Assembly (NCBI GenBank): GCA_022763365.1
Contig: JALEGN010000017.1
Location: 96 to 64,095, forward strand
Source of the DNA: Minisyncoccota bacterium
GTDB taxonomy: Bacteria; Patescibacteriota; Minisyncoccia; Phycocordibacterales; UBA1006
Length of the DNA stretch: 64,000 bases
Direction of reading: 5' to 3'
Position 1 is the first letter of the stretch, and the number at the start of each line of letters is the position of its first letter. A model generated the notes under the pieces. It was not told the origin of the DNA. It saw only the letters and a program-made list of their open reading frames with translations, and did not search any database. The translations under genes and the position numbers were made by a program. Below, piece by piece: positions 26,802 to 37,010 of the stretch.

Positions 26802-28274
26802 TTAGAGTGATCTGAAAAACTCCTCGGCTATTTCAGCATAGTCTTTTTTTTCTTGTGTCGAAAATTTAGCTGCACGAGATGTGACAAAATGCATACGCCC
26901 ATTTGATTTTAACTCATTAAGATGGTCAATGATAAAGGTCCAATATAATGCATCCCAAGTTTTCGCCCATGGTCCATTACTATAATCACTCATTTTTTTA
27001 ACATAATTAGAGCCACTGATATAGGGTTTCGTTGTCATCAGTCCTTTTTGTGTACTCTGTGTCATACCGTAGATATTAGGCACCATGACCCAATCATAGG
27101 CATCGATATACATTTCCATAAACCAATTATAAATATGATTGGGTTTTATTCGGCATAAAAACATAAAATTACCCATCACCATAAGGCGTTCAATATGATG
27201 CGCATAGGCGGTATCCAGCGTCTTTGAAATAGTCGTATCGACTGGATCAATACCTGTTGTTCCTAAATACCACGAGTCGCTGAGATGTCTGCGGTGATTC
27301 CATTGGTTTTCGGTTCGCATTGATACTCCATGTTCTTCATAGACCATGCGAATAAATTCTCGCCAACCAATAATCTGCCTAATAATACCTTCAGTATTAT
27401 TTATAGGAATATCATTTTCATTTGCGTAATTAATAACTGATTCAATGACCTCCATAGGTAAGAGTAGTCCTATGTTAAGGTAAGGAGAGAGCATACTGTG
27501 ATAAAGCTGAGATTTATCTTTTACAATAGCATCTTCATAATCACCAAAAAGGTGGAGTCGTTCCTTGCAAAAATCACGTAACACCGCTAAGGCTTGTTCA
27601 CGATTGATGGCATATGAAAATGATTTAGTATACCCATAGTTATCAGGAAATTTTTCTTCCACATATTTAATAGCATCTGTTACATAATCATTTGTTCGTG
27701 TTCCTGGGTCATTGGGAATTTCAGGATAATGGCTTTTTGGAACTTTTTTTCGGTTTTCATCATCAAATGACCAACGTCCTCCTGTTGGCTTACCGTCTTC
27801 ATTTATTAAAATATCAAGACGTTTACGCTGCCAGGTATAAAAGTTTTGCATGAAAAGCTTACCATCTTTTAAATACTCCTGATTATCTTCTTTCGAATTT
27901 ATAAAAAGAGGAGAATCAAGGAAGGTGAGATTCTTTTCATCTACTACTCGTTTTAATCGTCTTTTGAGCAAATAATCGGTCGGGTCTACACATATAACTT
28001 TTTCAGCTTTTAGCTCCTTGAGGATATCAACAATTGTTTTTTCTGGATCATATTCAATGTATGTAACTGAAATTCCTTTTCCTTTAAGCTCATCTTTATA
28101 GGCTTGCATACTTGCTCGGTGGAGAACTAATTTTTGTTTGTGAAATTTCAAATGACTATGTTTATCACCAAAAAAAAGACTATCTTCTATAAGATACATC
28201 TCATCACAATTTTCTTCAAAAATCGGATGATTTTGAAAAAGTTGATGGGGAAAGATAAGTCCGATGGTTTTCAT
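26802..28274 (-). CDS. Bacterial (6-4) photolyase/cryptochrome family (FeS-BCP-like)
   Basis: HKQKLVLHRASM, GGRWSFDDENR, HSMLSPYLNIGLL, YAHHIERLM, YIDAYDWVMVPN. Confidence 0.9.
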   Translation of the reverse strand: MKTIGLIFPHQLFQNHPIFEENCDEMYLIEDSLFFGDKHSHLKFHKQKLVLHRASMQAYKDELKGKGISVTYIEYDPEKTIVDILKELKAEKVICVDPTDYLLKRRLKRVVDEKNLTFLDSPLFINSKEDNQEYLKDGKLFMQNFYTWQRKRLDILINEDGKPTGGRWSFDDENRKKVPKSHYPEIPNDPGTRTNDYVTDAIKYVEEKFPDNYGYTKSFSYAINREQALAVLRDFCKERLHLFGDYEDAIVKDKSQLYHSMLSPYLNIGLLLPMEVIESVINYANENDIPINNTEGIIRQIIGWREFIRMVYEEHGVSMRTENQWNHRRHLSDSWYLGTTGIDPVDTTISKTLDTAYAHHIERLMVMGNFMFLCRIKPNHIYNWFMEMYIDAYDWVMVPNIYGMTQSTQKGLMTTKPYISGSNYVKKMSDYSNGPWAKTWDALYWTFIIDHLNELKSNGRMHFVTSRAAKFSTQEKKDYAEIAEEFFRSL

Positions 28275-28375
28275 ATCCTTATTATACGACTTTTTAACTT
28301 TTTTATTACTTTCAAGTATTACATTTAAAATAACGTATCAATGTGCTAGTACATTGATACGTTATTTTACTTAGT

Positions 28376-29371
28376 TTATAGGGTAAGGAGATCTAAAACT
28401 TCTTGAGCTTTTTGTTTAATATTTTTATGATCTTCTGAAATATCATTAATCATATGTTCACGTTGTTTAAATTCAATTTGATAAGGAGCCACTAAGTCAA
28501 TTTCTTCAAAAATACTTTTTAAAAGTACACGGTTACCTGAGTGCTTTGCCTTAAGAATTTCCTTAAATTTGTCAGGGTGATGTTTTTTAATGTACAGGGT
28601 GACCCAGGTTGTTTGATTTTCCATAATATCACCAAATAATGCCTTTCCACTATTTTCATCGATGCAATCAATAATATCATCACGAATTTGGAATAATAAA
28701 CCGAGTTCTCTAACAATAGGTGTTGTAACTTCTAAATATTTTTCACCTTCATTTTTACTAATCATGCAACCTAAACGAGCCGGTGAAGTAAAGGTGTACC
28801 ATGCTGTTTTTAAATTATGACGAGCTAAAACATCTGATTCAGAAGTACTACCATATTCTTCATTCATTCCTACAACATCCAAAAATTGACCTCGCACGGT
28901 TCTTTGAATCATGGTCATAAATTCCTTAAATACGTGACGAGGTAAATATGATGCATGTTCCATTGATGCTGTCCAAAATACATCTCCTAGTAAGATACCC
29001 AAGTGATCTCCTAGATTTTTATTATTATCAGCAAGTGTCTTTCCAAAGGCGTTAATTGTTGGCACGTTTCTTCTTACTAATGACTCGTCCATAACATCAT
29101 CTTGAAGAAGGGCTGCTAAATGAAATAATTCACTCGCAAGTGTTAGATTACGTAAATTTTCATTGTCTAAATTTTCACCAGAAAAAAAATAAATTAAAAA
29201 AGGACGTATTCTTTTACCTGAATTACAATAATCAAGTAGCGTCTTTTTAATTTGATTATCAAGTTTTGTCGGGTAAAATTCTGATTGTTCTTCTAGGAGT
29301 TCAGTTACTCTTTTTATAAAAATTGGGTTATAGATTTTTTGAAAATGTTTAATTTCTTCTTTCGTGGTCAT
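28376..29371 (-). CDS. crtE: Polyprenyl (geranylgeranyl) diphosphate synthase
   Basis: GKRIRP, LLQDDVMD...RR (FARM), GQFLD, KTA, FQIRDD (SARM); divergent from crtB. Confidence 0.8.
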   Translation of the reverse strand: MTTKEEIKHFQKIYNPIFIKRVTELLEEQSEFYPTKLDNQIKKTLLDYCNSGKRIRPFLIYFFSGENLDNENLRNLTLASELFHLAALLQDDVMDESLVRRNVPTINAFGKTLADNNKNLGDHLGILLGDVFWTASMEHASYLPRHVFKEFMTMIQRTVRGQFLDVVGMNEEYGSTSESDVLARHNLKTAWYTFTSPARLGCMISKNEGEKYLEVTTPIVRELGLLFQIRDDIIDCIDENSGKALFGDIMENQTTWVTLYIKKHHPDKFKEILKAKHSGNRVLLKSIFEEIDLVAPYQIEFKQREHMINDISEDHKNIKQKAQEVLDLLTL

Positions 29372-29395
29372 AAGTTAGGTATAATGATTTAATAT

Positions 29396-30301
29396 ATGAT
29401 TGATTATAACACGTATATGAACTCTCGATATCAAAATGACCTAGCATATACAAAACAATTCATTTTTTCTTTTGGTTCAAATTATGCTCTTGGGGTGCGA
29501 CTTTTTCCAAAAGAAATTCGCGAGGCAACTATTATATTTTATGCCTTTGTACGTTACGCGGATGAGATTGTTGATAATCCAAAGCAAAAAATGCCAGGGC
29601 AAACTCATGTAACTATTGATGAATTTATCAAAGAATGGGAGCTCGTTATAAAAAATGGACCAAACGAAGAAACTCATAAAATCTTACGTTCAAATTATTG
29701 GGTGTTTAAAAAATATAATATTCCTTTCGACTATAGTTTTGATTTTCTTGAAGTTATGAAACAAGATATTACCAAAGAACGATATGAGAGTTACGCAGAA
29801 CTCGAACATTATATGTGGGGTTCAGCATCAGTCATTGGTCACATTATGACCTTTATCGTGGGTTATAGTGATCCAAAATGTTTTGATAATGCCAGAGCCC
29901 TTGGTGAGGCGATGCAATTAGCAAATATCTTACGTGATATCAATGAAGATTATCAGGAAAGAAATAGAATTTATCTACCAACCAAAGACATGTATTTATT
30001 TGGTATAACCGAAGAAATGGTTGCTGAGCAAAAGATGAACCCGCAATTAGAAAATTTTGTTAAACACTATGTAGATCGGACAGAAAAACTATTCACCAAA
30101 GGAATTAAGGGTATTCGATTTTTAAAAAATGGAGGTTTTTCGATTTTCCTGGCGACACGTATTTATCGTCATAATATTAGAATCTTAAAAAAACGAAATT
30201 ATAATATTTTTGATTCAAAGATACGAGTTTCAAAATTAATGAAATTATACTTTCTTATTTCTAATTTTTTTATATATCCAATGTTGTTCTTTAGAAAGTA
30301 A
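29396..30301 (+). CDS. crtB: Phytoene synthase
   Basis: YAFVRYADEIVD, ALGEAMQLANILRDINED, RIYLP. Confidence 0.9.
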   Translation: MIDYNTYMNSRYQNDLAYTKQFIFSFGSNYALGVRLFPKEIREATIIFYAFVRYADEIVDNPKQKMPGQTHVTIDEFIKEWELVIKNGPNEETHKILRSNYWVFKKYNIPFDYSFDFLEVMKQDITKERYESYAELEHYMWGSASVIGHIMTFIVGYSDPKCFDNARALGEAMQLANILRDINEDYQERNRIYLPTKDMYLFGITEEMVAEQKMNPQLENFVKHYVDRTEKLFTKGIKGIRFLKNGGFSIFLATRIYRHNIRILKKRNYNIFDSKIRVSKLMKLYFLISNFFIYPMLFFRK

Positions 30302-30390
30302 TTTAATCAAAAATAGGTGAGATAAGTTTATAACCAGATTATTCTGGTTTTTCTTTTAACTCATTTTTATCATTACGGTATACTATGACT

Positions 30391-31236
30391 ATGAAATCAA
30401 AACGTTTAATAAATATCTCACGTCCACGATTTTGGATTTATGTTTTAGGTACTTTTATGGTCGGGGTTGTTGCCGCTGGTGACCCACGTTTGTTATCGAC
30501 TGAAATGTTAATAGTCCTTGGTATCCTTTTTCTCTATTTTACCTATCCTGCAAATATTTTGATTTATGGAATTAACGATATTTTTGACTACGAAACGGAT
30601 AAGCATAATCTAAAAAAACTTGAATACGAAGAATTAGTGACTCCTGACAAACACAGATATTTAGCGAGGCATATTATGGTATGGACTTTTTTAGCTGCAG
30701 CTATTAATTTCTTTATTCCGTCATATGCTGCAGTTGCGCTAACTATATTTTTGCTAGCGTCTGTGTATTATTCAGCATCGCCAGTCAGAGCAAAGGCTAA
30801 TCCACCACTGGATATCATTTTTTCTTCAGTTATTTATATATCGCCTGCAGTTGTTGGATTTTTTGCGACTGGTAATACCGATATTTCATGGCTAGGAGTT
30901 GTCGGAGGTTTATTATGGGCATCAGCCATGCAAACCTATTCGGCCGTTCCGGATATCGAAGCTGACACCAAAGGAGGTGTAAAAACCCTTGCAACAGTAT
31001 TAGGAGAGAAAGGCGCACTATGGTTTTGTTTTTTTGCATACTTATCTGCAGCCATTATTGGATATCTACACCTTGGCGTAATCCCACTCTTCCTTGGTTT
31101 GGTTTATTTGGGAATGGTTCTCTATGCGATTATTAAACCAGAAAAATCTTTTTGGATCTATAAAAAATTCCCGTTGGTAAATACAGCATTTGGAATGGTT
31201 TTATTTTTTCTATTAGTCGCTAAGTTTTTAATATGA
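30391..31236 (+). CDS. UbiA-family prenyltransferase, lycopene elongase (LyeJ/CrtEb-like)
   Basis: ISRPRFWIY, YGINDIFDYETD..N.KK, YSASPVRAK, AVPDIEAD; carotenoid gene context. Confidence 0.8.
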   Translation: MKSKRLINISRPRFWIYVLGTFMVGVVAAGDPRLLSTEMLIVLGILFLYFTYPANILIYGINDIFDYETDKHNLKKLEYEELVTPDKHRYLARHIMVWTFLAAAINFFIPSYAAVALTIFLLASVYYSASPVRAKANPPLDIIFSSVIYISPAVVGFFATGNTDISWLGVVGGLLWASAMQTYSAVPDIEADTKGGVKTLATVLGEKGALWFCFFAYLSAAIIGYLHLGVIPLFLGLVYLGMVLYAIIKPEKSFWIYKKFPLVNTAFGMVLFFLLVAKFLI

Positions 31237-31240
31237 TTAC

Positions 31241-31984
31241 ATGCTAGAGCCAGAAATTTTAGTAGAAGGAAATTTTACAAAAGAGGATATCTCAGTACGA
31301 CTCAATACAAAAAAGTTTACCCTTACTGATGATATTGAAAAAGAAATTGATGATATTTGGAAAGAAAAAATTAAAGAGGCTAAAGAAAACAATTTAAATT
31401 TATATAATGGTACTTCATACAGACTTTTAGATATAAAAAAAGAGAATAATAAACTACACATTGTTTTTCAAGAAATGGAATTTCGACAACGTTTCGGATT
31501 AAGAGAAATTCACAGAAGGCATGGAATACATACTGATTTATATAGAATGGGATGTTTTGTCAGTGCAACTGTAAAAACTGCTGACGGTAAATACCTTATG
31601 GTGAGATTAAGTGGTAAATCAATGAATATGAATACTATTGAGGTACTTGGTGGAATAATGGAAACGAATATTAACCTTGATTCAGATTATATCTTTAAGG
31701 TCGTATCATCTGAATTAAAAGAAGAGATAGGAGTTTTAGAAAAAGAAATAATAAAAAATAATTTAATTGCAGTTTTTCGAGGTGGATATACAAACATTTG
31801 TTTTTATTTTGAGGTTGAACTTTCTATTAACTCAGACGAAGTTAAGCAACGATTCGATAAAAATAGAGATATAGATGTTAGTGGTGTTTTAGTGCTAACT
31901 TTAGATGAGTATAAAGATACTTTGCAGAATCATAATTTAAATAAACAGTTTATTTATAAACTTTTTACCAAAGACCATAAGTAA
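31241..31984 (+). CDS. NUDIX-family hydrolase
   Basis: YNG...GG...ELKEEIG degenerate Nudix box. Confidence 0.65.
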   Translation: MLEPEILVEGNFTKEDISVRLNTKKFTLTDDIEKEIDDIWKEKIKEAKENNLNLYNGTSYRLLDIKKENNKLHIVFQEMEFRQRFGLREIHRRHGIHTDLYRMGCFVSATVKTADGKYLMVRLSGKSMNMNTIEVLGGIMETNINLDSDYIFKVVSSELKEEIGVLEKEIIKNNLIAVFRGGYTNICFYFEVELSINSDEVKQRFDKNRDIDVSGVLVLTLDEYKDTLQNHNLNKQFIYKLFTKDHK

Positions 31985-32050
31985 CTGTGATTTTTTGTTG
32001 TAATTTGATTCCTAAGGCTTATACTTTATTTAAGAAATAATTTAAAAAAT

Positions 32051-32602
32051 ATGGATATACATAAAGAAAAATTAGATGTAATTGACGAGCAAGAGAATAT
32101 TCTTTATCAAGAAACACGAGATAATATACATCAAAAGGGCTTACTCCATCGAGAGATACATGTTTGGCTATATACACCAAGTGGAAATATTATTTTCCAA
32201 AAAAGATCTCCGAATAAGGATACTGCTCCTAATTTACTTGATGCCTCTGTTGGAGGTCATGTTGATATGGGAGAAAAACCTTTAGAGTCAGCATTAAAAG
32301 AAATCCAAGAAGAAGCAGGTATTTTGGTCGATGGAGATGAATTAATTTTTATGGAAAAATCTCGTGTTGATGCAATAGATAGTCAGACAGGTAAGAGGAA
32401 TAATGTAATCCGATATATTTATGCATTGGCATATTTTGGTTCCCTAAAAGAACTTGTTCCAGAAGAGGGTGCAGGAGAAGGTTTTTTCTCATATTCAATC
32501 AATGAACTAGAAAACCTTGATAATAATCAAAGACAAATGTTTATTGGAAAAATGATATCAACTGAAAATATCTTATTATATAAAAAAATAATTAAAAACT
32601 GA
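32051..32602 (+). CDS. NUDIX hydrolase (IDI-type-1/YfcD-like)
   Basis: GLLHR, QKRS..K, SVGGHVDMGE...ALKEIQEEAG. Confidence 0.8.
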   Translation: MDIHKEKLDVIDEQENILYQETRDNIHQKGLLHREIHVWLYTPSGNIIFQKRSPNKDTAPNLLDASVGGHVDMGEKPLESALKEIQEEAGILVDGDELIFMEKSRVDAIDSQTGKRNNVIRYIYALAYFGSLKELVPEEGAGEGFFSYSINELENLDNNQRQMFIGKMISTENILLYKKIIKN

Positions 32603-32638
32603 TAATACTGTGTCAGTTTTTTTTGTTACAATAAGTTT

Positions 32639-33022
32639 ATGAAAACAATACTTGTAGATGCAATAAATACTTTTGTGGATAAGGAGAACGGTGTATTTCA
32701 GGAAATGTATGAATTATTGGAAAGTTATCCTAACAAAAAGATTATTGTTACGAATGCTGATGATAATCAAATCAAAAAATTTGGCTTAGATACAATCCCA
32801 TATGAGCTGTTCACAATGAAACATGAACCCAATAAACCTAATCCAAAATATTTTGAAACTCTTTTAAAAAAATATCACTTAGACTCTGATGGTGTCATTT
32901 ATTTTGAACATAATAGAGATGCTACAGAAACAGCACGGTCACTAGGTATCACGACATACTATTATGACCCTATACAAAAAGACTTAAATTCTTTAGAATT
33001 ATTTTTAAATAAAAATCTATAA
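32639..33022 (+). CDS. HAD-like hydrolase
   Basis: ILVDA, VTNA, PNKPNP. Confidence 0.6.
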   Translation: MKTILVDAINTFVDKENGVFQEMYELLESYPNKKIIVTNADDNQIKKFGLDTIPYELFTMKHEPNKPNPKYFETLLKKYHLDSDGVIYFEHNRDATETARSLGITTYYYDPIQKDLNSLELFLNKNL

Positions 33023-33024
33023 TT

Positions 33025-33324
33025 ATGCAAGAATGGACTATTTATGAAATAACAACAGAAAAGAGTATTATTCATGGAATAATGCTCAGAGGTAGAATTA
33101 GGAAATTTGCTCTTGAAAATAATGTTAATTTACTAGCTGAAAATGCGACTGATATTGAAAATGGAGTTCGTTTTGCACTTTATATAGATCAAAAACCAGA
33201 TTTAGTAATTAAATTTATAAAAAATATTATTCCTGATTCAATTATTAATGTAGTTATCGATGAGGTTAAGAATCCTGTATTGTCAAAATTAAAAGTAAAT
33301 AACGAAGATCGCTATACAATATAG
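33025..33324 (+). CDS. Hypothetical protein
   Basis: 99-aa ORF closely coupled to the upstream gene. Confidence 0.6.
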   Translation: MQEWTIYEITTEKSIIHGIMLRGRIRKFALENNVNLLAENATDIENGVRFALYIDQKPDLVIKFIKNIIPDSIINVVIDEVKNPVLSKLKVNNEDRYTI

Positions 33325-33336
33325 TAAAAACCATCA

Positions 33337-34086
33337 CTAACGTGATAGTTTTTTGCCTGCATCAAACAATCCAAGGAGTAGTATTTTACCTAACACAATC
33401 CCTAAGATTGCAGGTAACCAGAGTCCGTATCCAGCGTTGACTCCGGTCCAGAGAAAGATAGAGAGAAGGAGAGAAAGCGAACTAATCCAAATATATTTTT
33501 GATTAACACCTTCCTTATTCTTAGTAATGAATCGTAATAATACGTAGGCGATGGTTCCAGAGATAACCCAGCCAAAGAAATTCTGTAATGGTACATCAAA
33601 CCACAGTCCTCCATTGGTATATTTCCATAAACCACGAGCTACGGCTCCGGGATCTAAAATAACATCTGTTCCAACAAGGATTCCTAAATAGACGAGGTAT
33701 TGTGACCAGTTTCGTTTAAACCATATTTTTGCTAATAACCATGCACCAATTACCAATGGACTCCATGCGATAAAGACCGTCCATGGTGTTGTTCCAAATA
33801 GTCGATAACCAAAATCACTGGTATATTCAAAAAAAGAATATGGCCAACCGGTATGTATACCAATTGATTCAATTGTGAGGGCAAAAAGACCTAGAAGAAT
33901 GATGGCAAGCACTCCACGTTTTCCATATATCTTATACATTCCATAAAAAGCAGGAAGTGAAATCATCGTGACAGCAATTATTGAACCTGTTTCTATAAAC
34001 ATTTCCTTGGGAATAAAACTCATCCCAACTCCTATGATGAAGAATATGAGAGAAAGAGCGACTAAAACTATTTTCCAGATTTTCAT
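33337..34086 (-). CDS. cruF: Carotenoid 1,2-hydratase CruF (DUF422) family
   Basis: ESIGIHTGWPY, D.ILDPGAV, DVPLQNFFGW; start moved to ATG 34086. Confidence 0.8.
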   Translation of the reverse strand: MKIWKIVLVALSLIFFIIGVGMSFIPKEMFIETGSIIAVTMISLPAFYGMYKIYGKRGVLAIILLGLFALTIESIGIHTGWPYSFFEYTSDFGYRLFGTTPWTVFIAWSPLVIGAWLLAKIWFKRNWSQYLVYLGILVGTDVILDPGAVARGLWKYTNGGLWFDVPLQNFFGWVISGTIAYVLLRFITKNKEGVNQKYIWISSLSLLLSIFLWTGVNAGYGLWLPAILGIVLGKILLLGLFDAGKKLSR

Positions 34087-34158
34087 ACTTATATAATACA
34101 TTAGGTATTAAATTTTGTAATAAAAAAGCCAGAAACGTATCTGACTCTTATTTTTAAG

Positions 34159-34452
34159 TTATTTTCTTGTTTCTAGTAACCTTACTTCTTTTTTAAATTC
34201 ACTATATTCCATCAAATCTTTATTTTCTCTGTTGAAAATAAAATACCATATTCGAAATCTTATTTTGTATAAAATATAAAAGGTAAGTATGAAAGATAAG
34301 GCTGATATTATAAACCCACCTAAAGCATTTATATTTGGGACTAATACTGCTCCAAGAAACATCATTGATAAGATTAAAATTAAAAATAATGAACCAAAAA
34401 TAATGCTTGTAAGCCAGTGAATTTCGTATGTTTTTTGAATTTTCATAATCAA
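34159..34452 (-). CDS. Hypothetical 2-TM protein
   Basis: AT-rich ORF with two hydrophobic segments. Confidence 0.5.
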   Translation of the reverse strand: MIMKIQKTYEIHWLTSIIFGSLFLILILSMMFLGAVLVPNINALGGFIISALSFILTFYILYKIRFRIWYFIFNRENKDLMEYSEFKKEVRLLETRK

Positions 34453-34536
34453 AAGTTTTTTAAATTAATTCATATATATAATATAACTTAAATAAATTTT
34501 GTCAATATAAAAAACCAAACATATGTTTGGTTTTTA

Positions 34537-36057
34537 CTAACCATCTAAATCAGTTAGTGGATGTGGATGTGTGATATTTTCAAGTCGCTTGTAGGCAAGT
34601 TCTGCTGAGATCAGACAAATTGGCATTCCAATTCCAGGGTTTGTTCCGGCTCCTACATAATAGAGATTTTTAACCTTTTTGGATTTATTACCCGGACGTA
34701 ATAGCGTTTGTTTGAGAGTGTGTGCCATTCCTAATGCTGTTCCTTTATAAGCATTATAATCACGTCCAAAATCATCTCCCCAATATGATCGTTCGTAGAC
34801 AATTGACTCTTCAAGGTCTGGAAGGTTAAGGTCTTTTTTCATCATGTTAATGACCTTGTCGCGATACTGTTTCTTCATTTCATCGGTCACTGTCATACCT
34901 GCTGCAATTGGTACCAGCATGAATAAAATGTCTTTTCCTTCTGGGGCGATATTTGTATCAGTATGCGTTGGTTTGCATACATAATATGACGGATCTTTTG
35001 GTAGTGATGGTTCGTCAAAGAGTTCTTTGAAATTATCTTTCCAATTTTGAGCGAATCGCAGATTGTGGTGAGTCAGATGTGGTACCTCACGATCAAGCCC
35101 TAGATACATAATGAATGCAGATGGCCCCATAACCGCTTTGTTCCAATATTTTTGAGGGAAGGTTTGATGTTTAGACTCTTTGATTAACTTTGTTTCAGTA
35201 AAATGCAGGTCAGCATTTGAAATAACATAATCTGCATTGATAACCTTTCCACCTTCTAATCTGACTCCGACAGCTGTTTTATTTTCTACAAGGATCTCCG
35301 ATACACCGGTATCTGTCATTATTTTAGTTCCGTGTTTATCATTCATTTTTTTCAATGATTCGATGATCGTATAGATTCCACCTTTGGGATAATACACACC
35401 ATAATGGAAATCAATGAAGTTCATGATGTTATAGAGGGCAGGCGTTTTCTTTGGTTCTGATCCGAGGAATACGAGAGTATATTCAAGAATCTTTTTAACC
35501 CGGTCGTCCTTGAACCATTTATTCAAATATTTTTCCATCGTTTGTAATGGATTCATCCGACGACCTTCTTTCATGATGTCCCATTTAAAGAAGTCTAGAA
35601 CAGAGTCATAGTTTCTGTACATAAATGATTTCTTTGCCAATTTATATTGTTCACCAGAGATTTTTAGATACTTTTTGATTTTATCTGATACACCTGGTTC
35701 GAATTGCTCAAGCGTCTCTAAATCTTTATCAAGATCTGAATGAATATTAACAACAGGGTAATCAGGATCTCCAGGGAAGAAGACTTTGTACGATGGTCCA
35801 AGCTTTACAAGGTTGAGATGTTCATTAATATCTTCTTTCATTAAATCATAGAAATGCTCAAAGACATCTGGCATCAAATACCACGATGGTCCCATGTCAA
35901 AGGTATAACCTTCAGCCGTGAAGATATTAGCGCGTCCTCCAATGCTTTCGTTTTTTTCAATAACCGTGACATCATATCCACGTTTTGAGAGAAGGGCTGC
36001 AGTACCCAATCCTCCAATACCAGCACCGATAATGATAACTTTTTTATTCTGATTCAT
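34537..36057 (-). CDS. crtI: Phytoene desaturase (CrtI/CrtD family)
   Basis: IIGAGIGGL, GYTFDMGPSW, YPKGG, YYVGAGTNPGIGMP. Confidence 0.9.
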   Translation of the reverse strand: MNQNKKVIIIGAGIGGLGTAALLSKRGYDVTVIEKNESIGGRANIFTAEGYTFDMGPSWYLMPDVFEHFYDLMKEDINEHLNLVKLGPSYKVFFPGDPDYPVVNIHSDLDKDLETLEQFEPGVSDKIKKYLKISGEQYKLAKKSFMYRNYDSVLDFFKWDIMKEGRRMNPLQTMEKYLNKWFKDDRVKKILEYTLVFLGSEPKKTPALYNIMNFIDFHYGVYYPKGGIYTIIESLKKMNDKHGTKIMTDTGVSEILVENKTAVGVRLEGGKVINADYVISNADLHFTETKLIKESKHQTFPQKYWNKAVMGPSAFIMYLGLDREVPHLTHHNLRFAQNWKDNFKELFDEPSLPKDPSYYVCKPTHTDTNIAPEGKDILFMLVPIAAGMTVTDEMKKQYRDKVINMMKKDLNLPDLEESIVYERSYWGDDFGRDYNAYKGTALGMAHTLKQTLLRPGNKSKKVKNLYYVGAGTNPGIGMPICLISAELAYKRLENITHPHPLTDLDG

Positions 36058-36087
36058 GACTGAACTATAGCATGCTAAAATATATGT

Positions 36088-37008
36088 ATGAAGAAAATTA
36101 TTATTACAGGAGGATCGGGTTTTCTAGGAACACAGATTATTAATAAACTTCTTGAAATGGGTGGGTATGAAATAATTATCATGGATTTATTTCCACCACG
36201 AGAAGAAAAAGAAGGTGTGACTTTTTTCAAAAAGGATCTTGGTCATGCCTTTGCAACAAATGTTGATTATTCATTGCTGGAGAACCCATATGCGTATATT
36301 CATCTTGCAGGGAAAAGTATTTTTGGACGATTTACTGAAGAACATAAACAAGCCATTTGGGATTCTCGAGTTGAAGGTTCGAAAAATCTTATCGATTTTA
36401 TTTCGCAGCAACAATATAGACCTGAATCACTTGTCGCTGCTTCTGCCGTTGGTTTTTACGGAGACCAGCCAGGAGAGGTATTGGTAGAATCGTCAGAGCG
36501 TAAAAATTATTACTATTTATCTGATGTAGTTGAGGCTTGGGAAAATGAAAATTTGCGGGCTCAAGAATTTGGTATCAATGTTAGCTGTATTCGTAATGGA
36601 CATATTATTGGTGCTGGAGGAATGTTGGCTGAGGCAGCTAAGACTTTTAAATTTGGAATAGGAGGAATTTTAGGAACTGGCAAGGAACATATGCCATGGA
36701 TTGATATTCGTGATCTTGTAACACTATATATTCAAACGATGAAAGCAGAAGATAGTCCATCAATAATTAATGGTGTTAGTACTCGTAGTCACACTCAAAA
36801 AGACTTTGCGCATGCTATTGGAGCTGTTAAAAATACTAAATTTTACCTGAATATCCATGAATGGATGTTAAATATAAAATTTGGCGAATTCGGGCGAGAA
36901 ATGTTGGTGGACCAACATATATTATCAGAACATTATAAAGATATTCTCTTTTTACCAAAACATACTGATTTGGATGAGGTGGTATCGTATTATCTAAAAC
37001 AAGACTAA
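36088..37008 (+). CDS. TIGR01777-family NAD-dependent epimerase (YfcH-like)
   Basis: ITGGSGFLG, HLAG, SRV, SAVGFYG, PWIDIRD. Confidence 0.85.
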   Translation: MKKIIITGGSGFLGTQIINKLLEMGGYEIIIMDLFPPREEKEGVTFFKKDLGHAFATNVDYSLLENPYAYIHLAGKSIFGRFTEEHKQAIWDSRVEGSKNLIDFISQQQYRPESLVAASAVGFYGDQPGEVLVESSERKNYYYLSDVVEAWENENLRAQEFGINVSCIRNGHIIGAGGMLAEAAKTFKFGIGGILGTGKEHMPWIDIRDLVTLYIQTMKAEDSPSIINGVSTRSHTQKDFAHAIGAVKNTKFYLNIHEWMLNIKFGEFGREMLVDQHILSEHYKDILFLPKHTDLDEVVSYYLKQD

Positions 37009-37010
37009 CT

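Noticed and set aside
32051-32602. IPP isomerase (idi) call
   Set aside because: The context is tempting, but it has SVGGH rather than the catalytic Cys-containing motif of type 1 IDI; kept as a generic Nudix.
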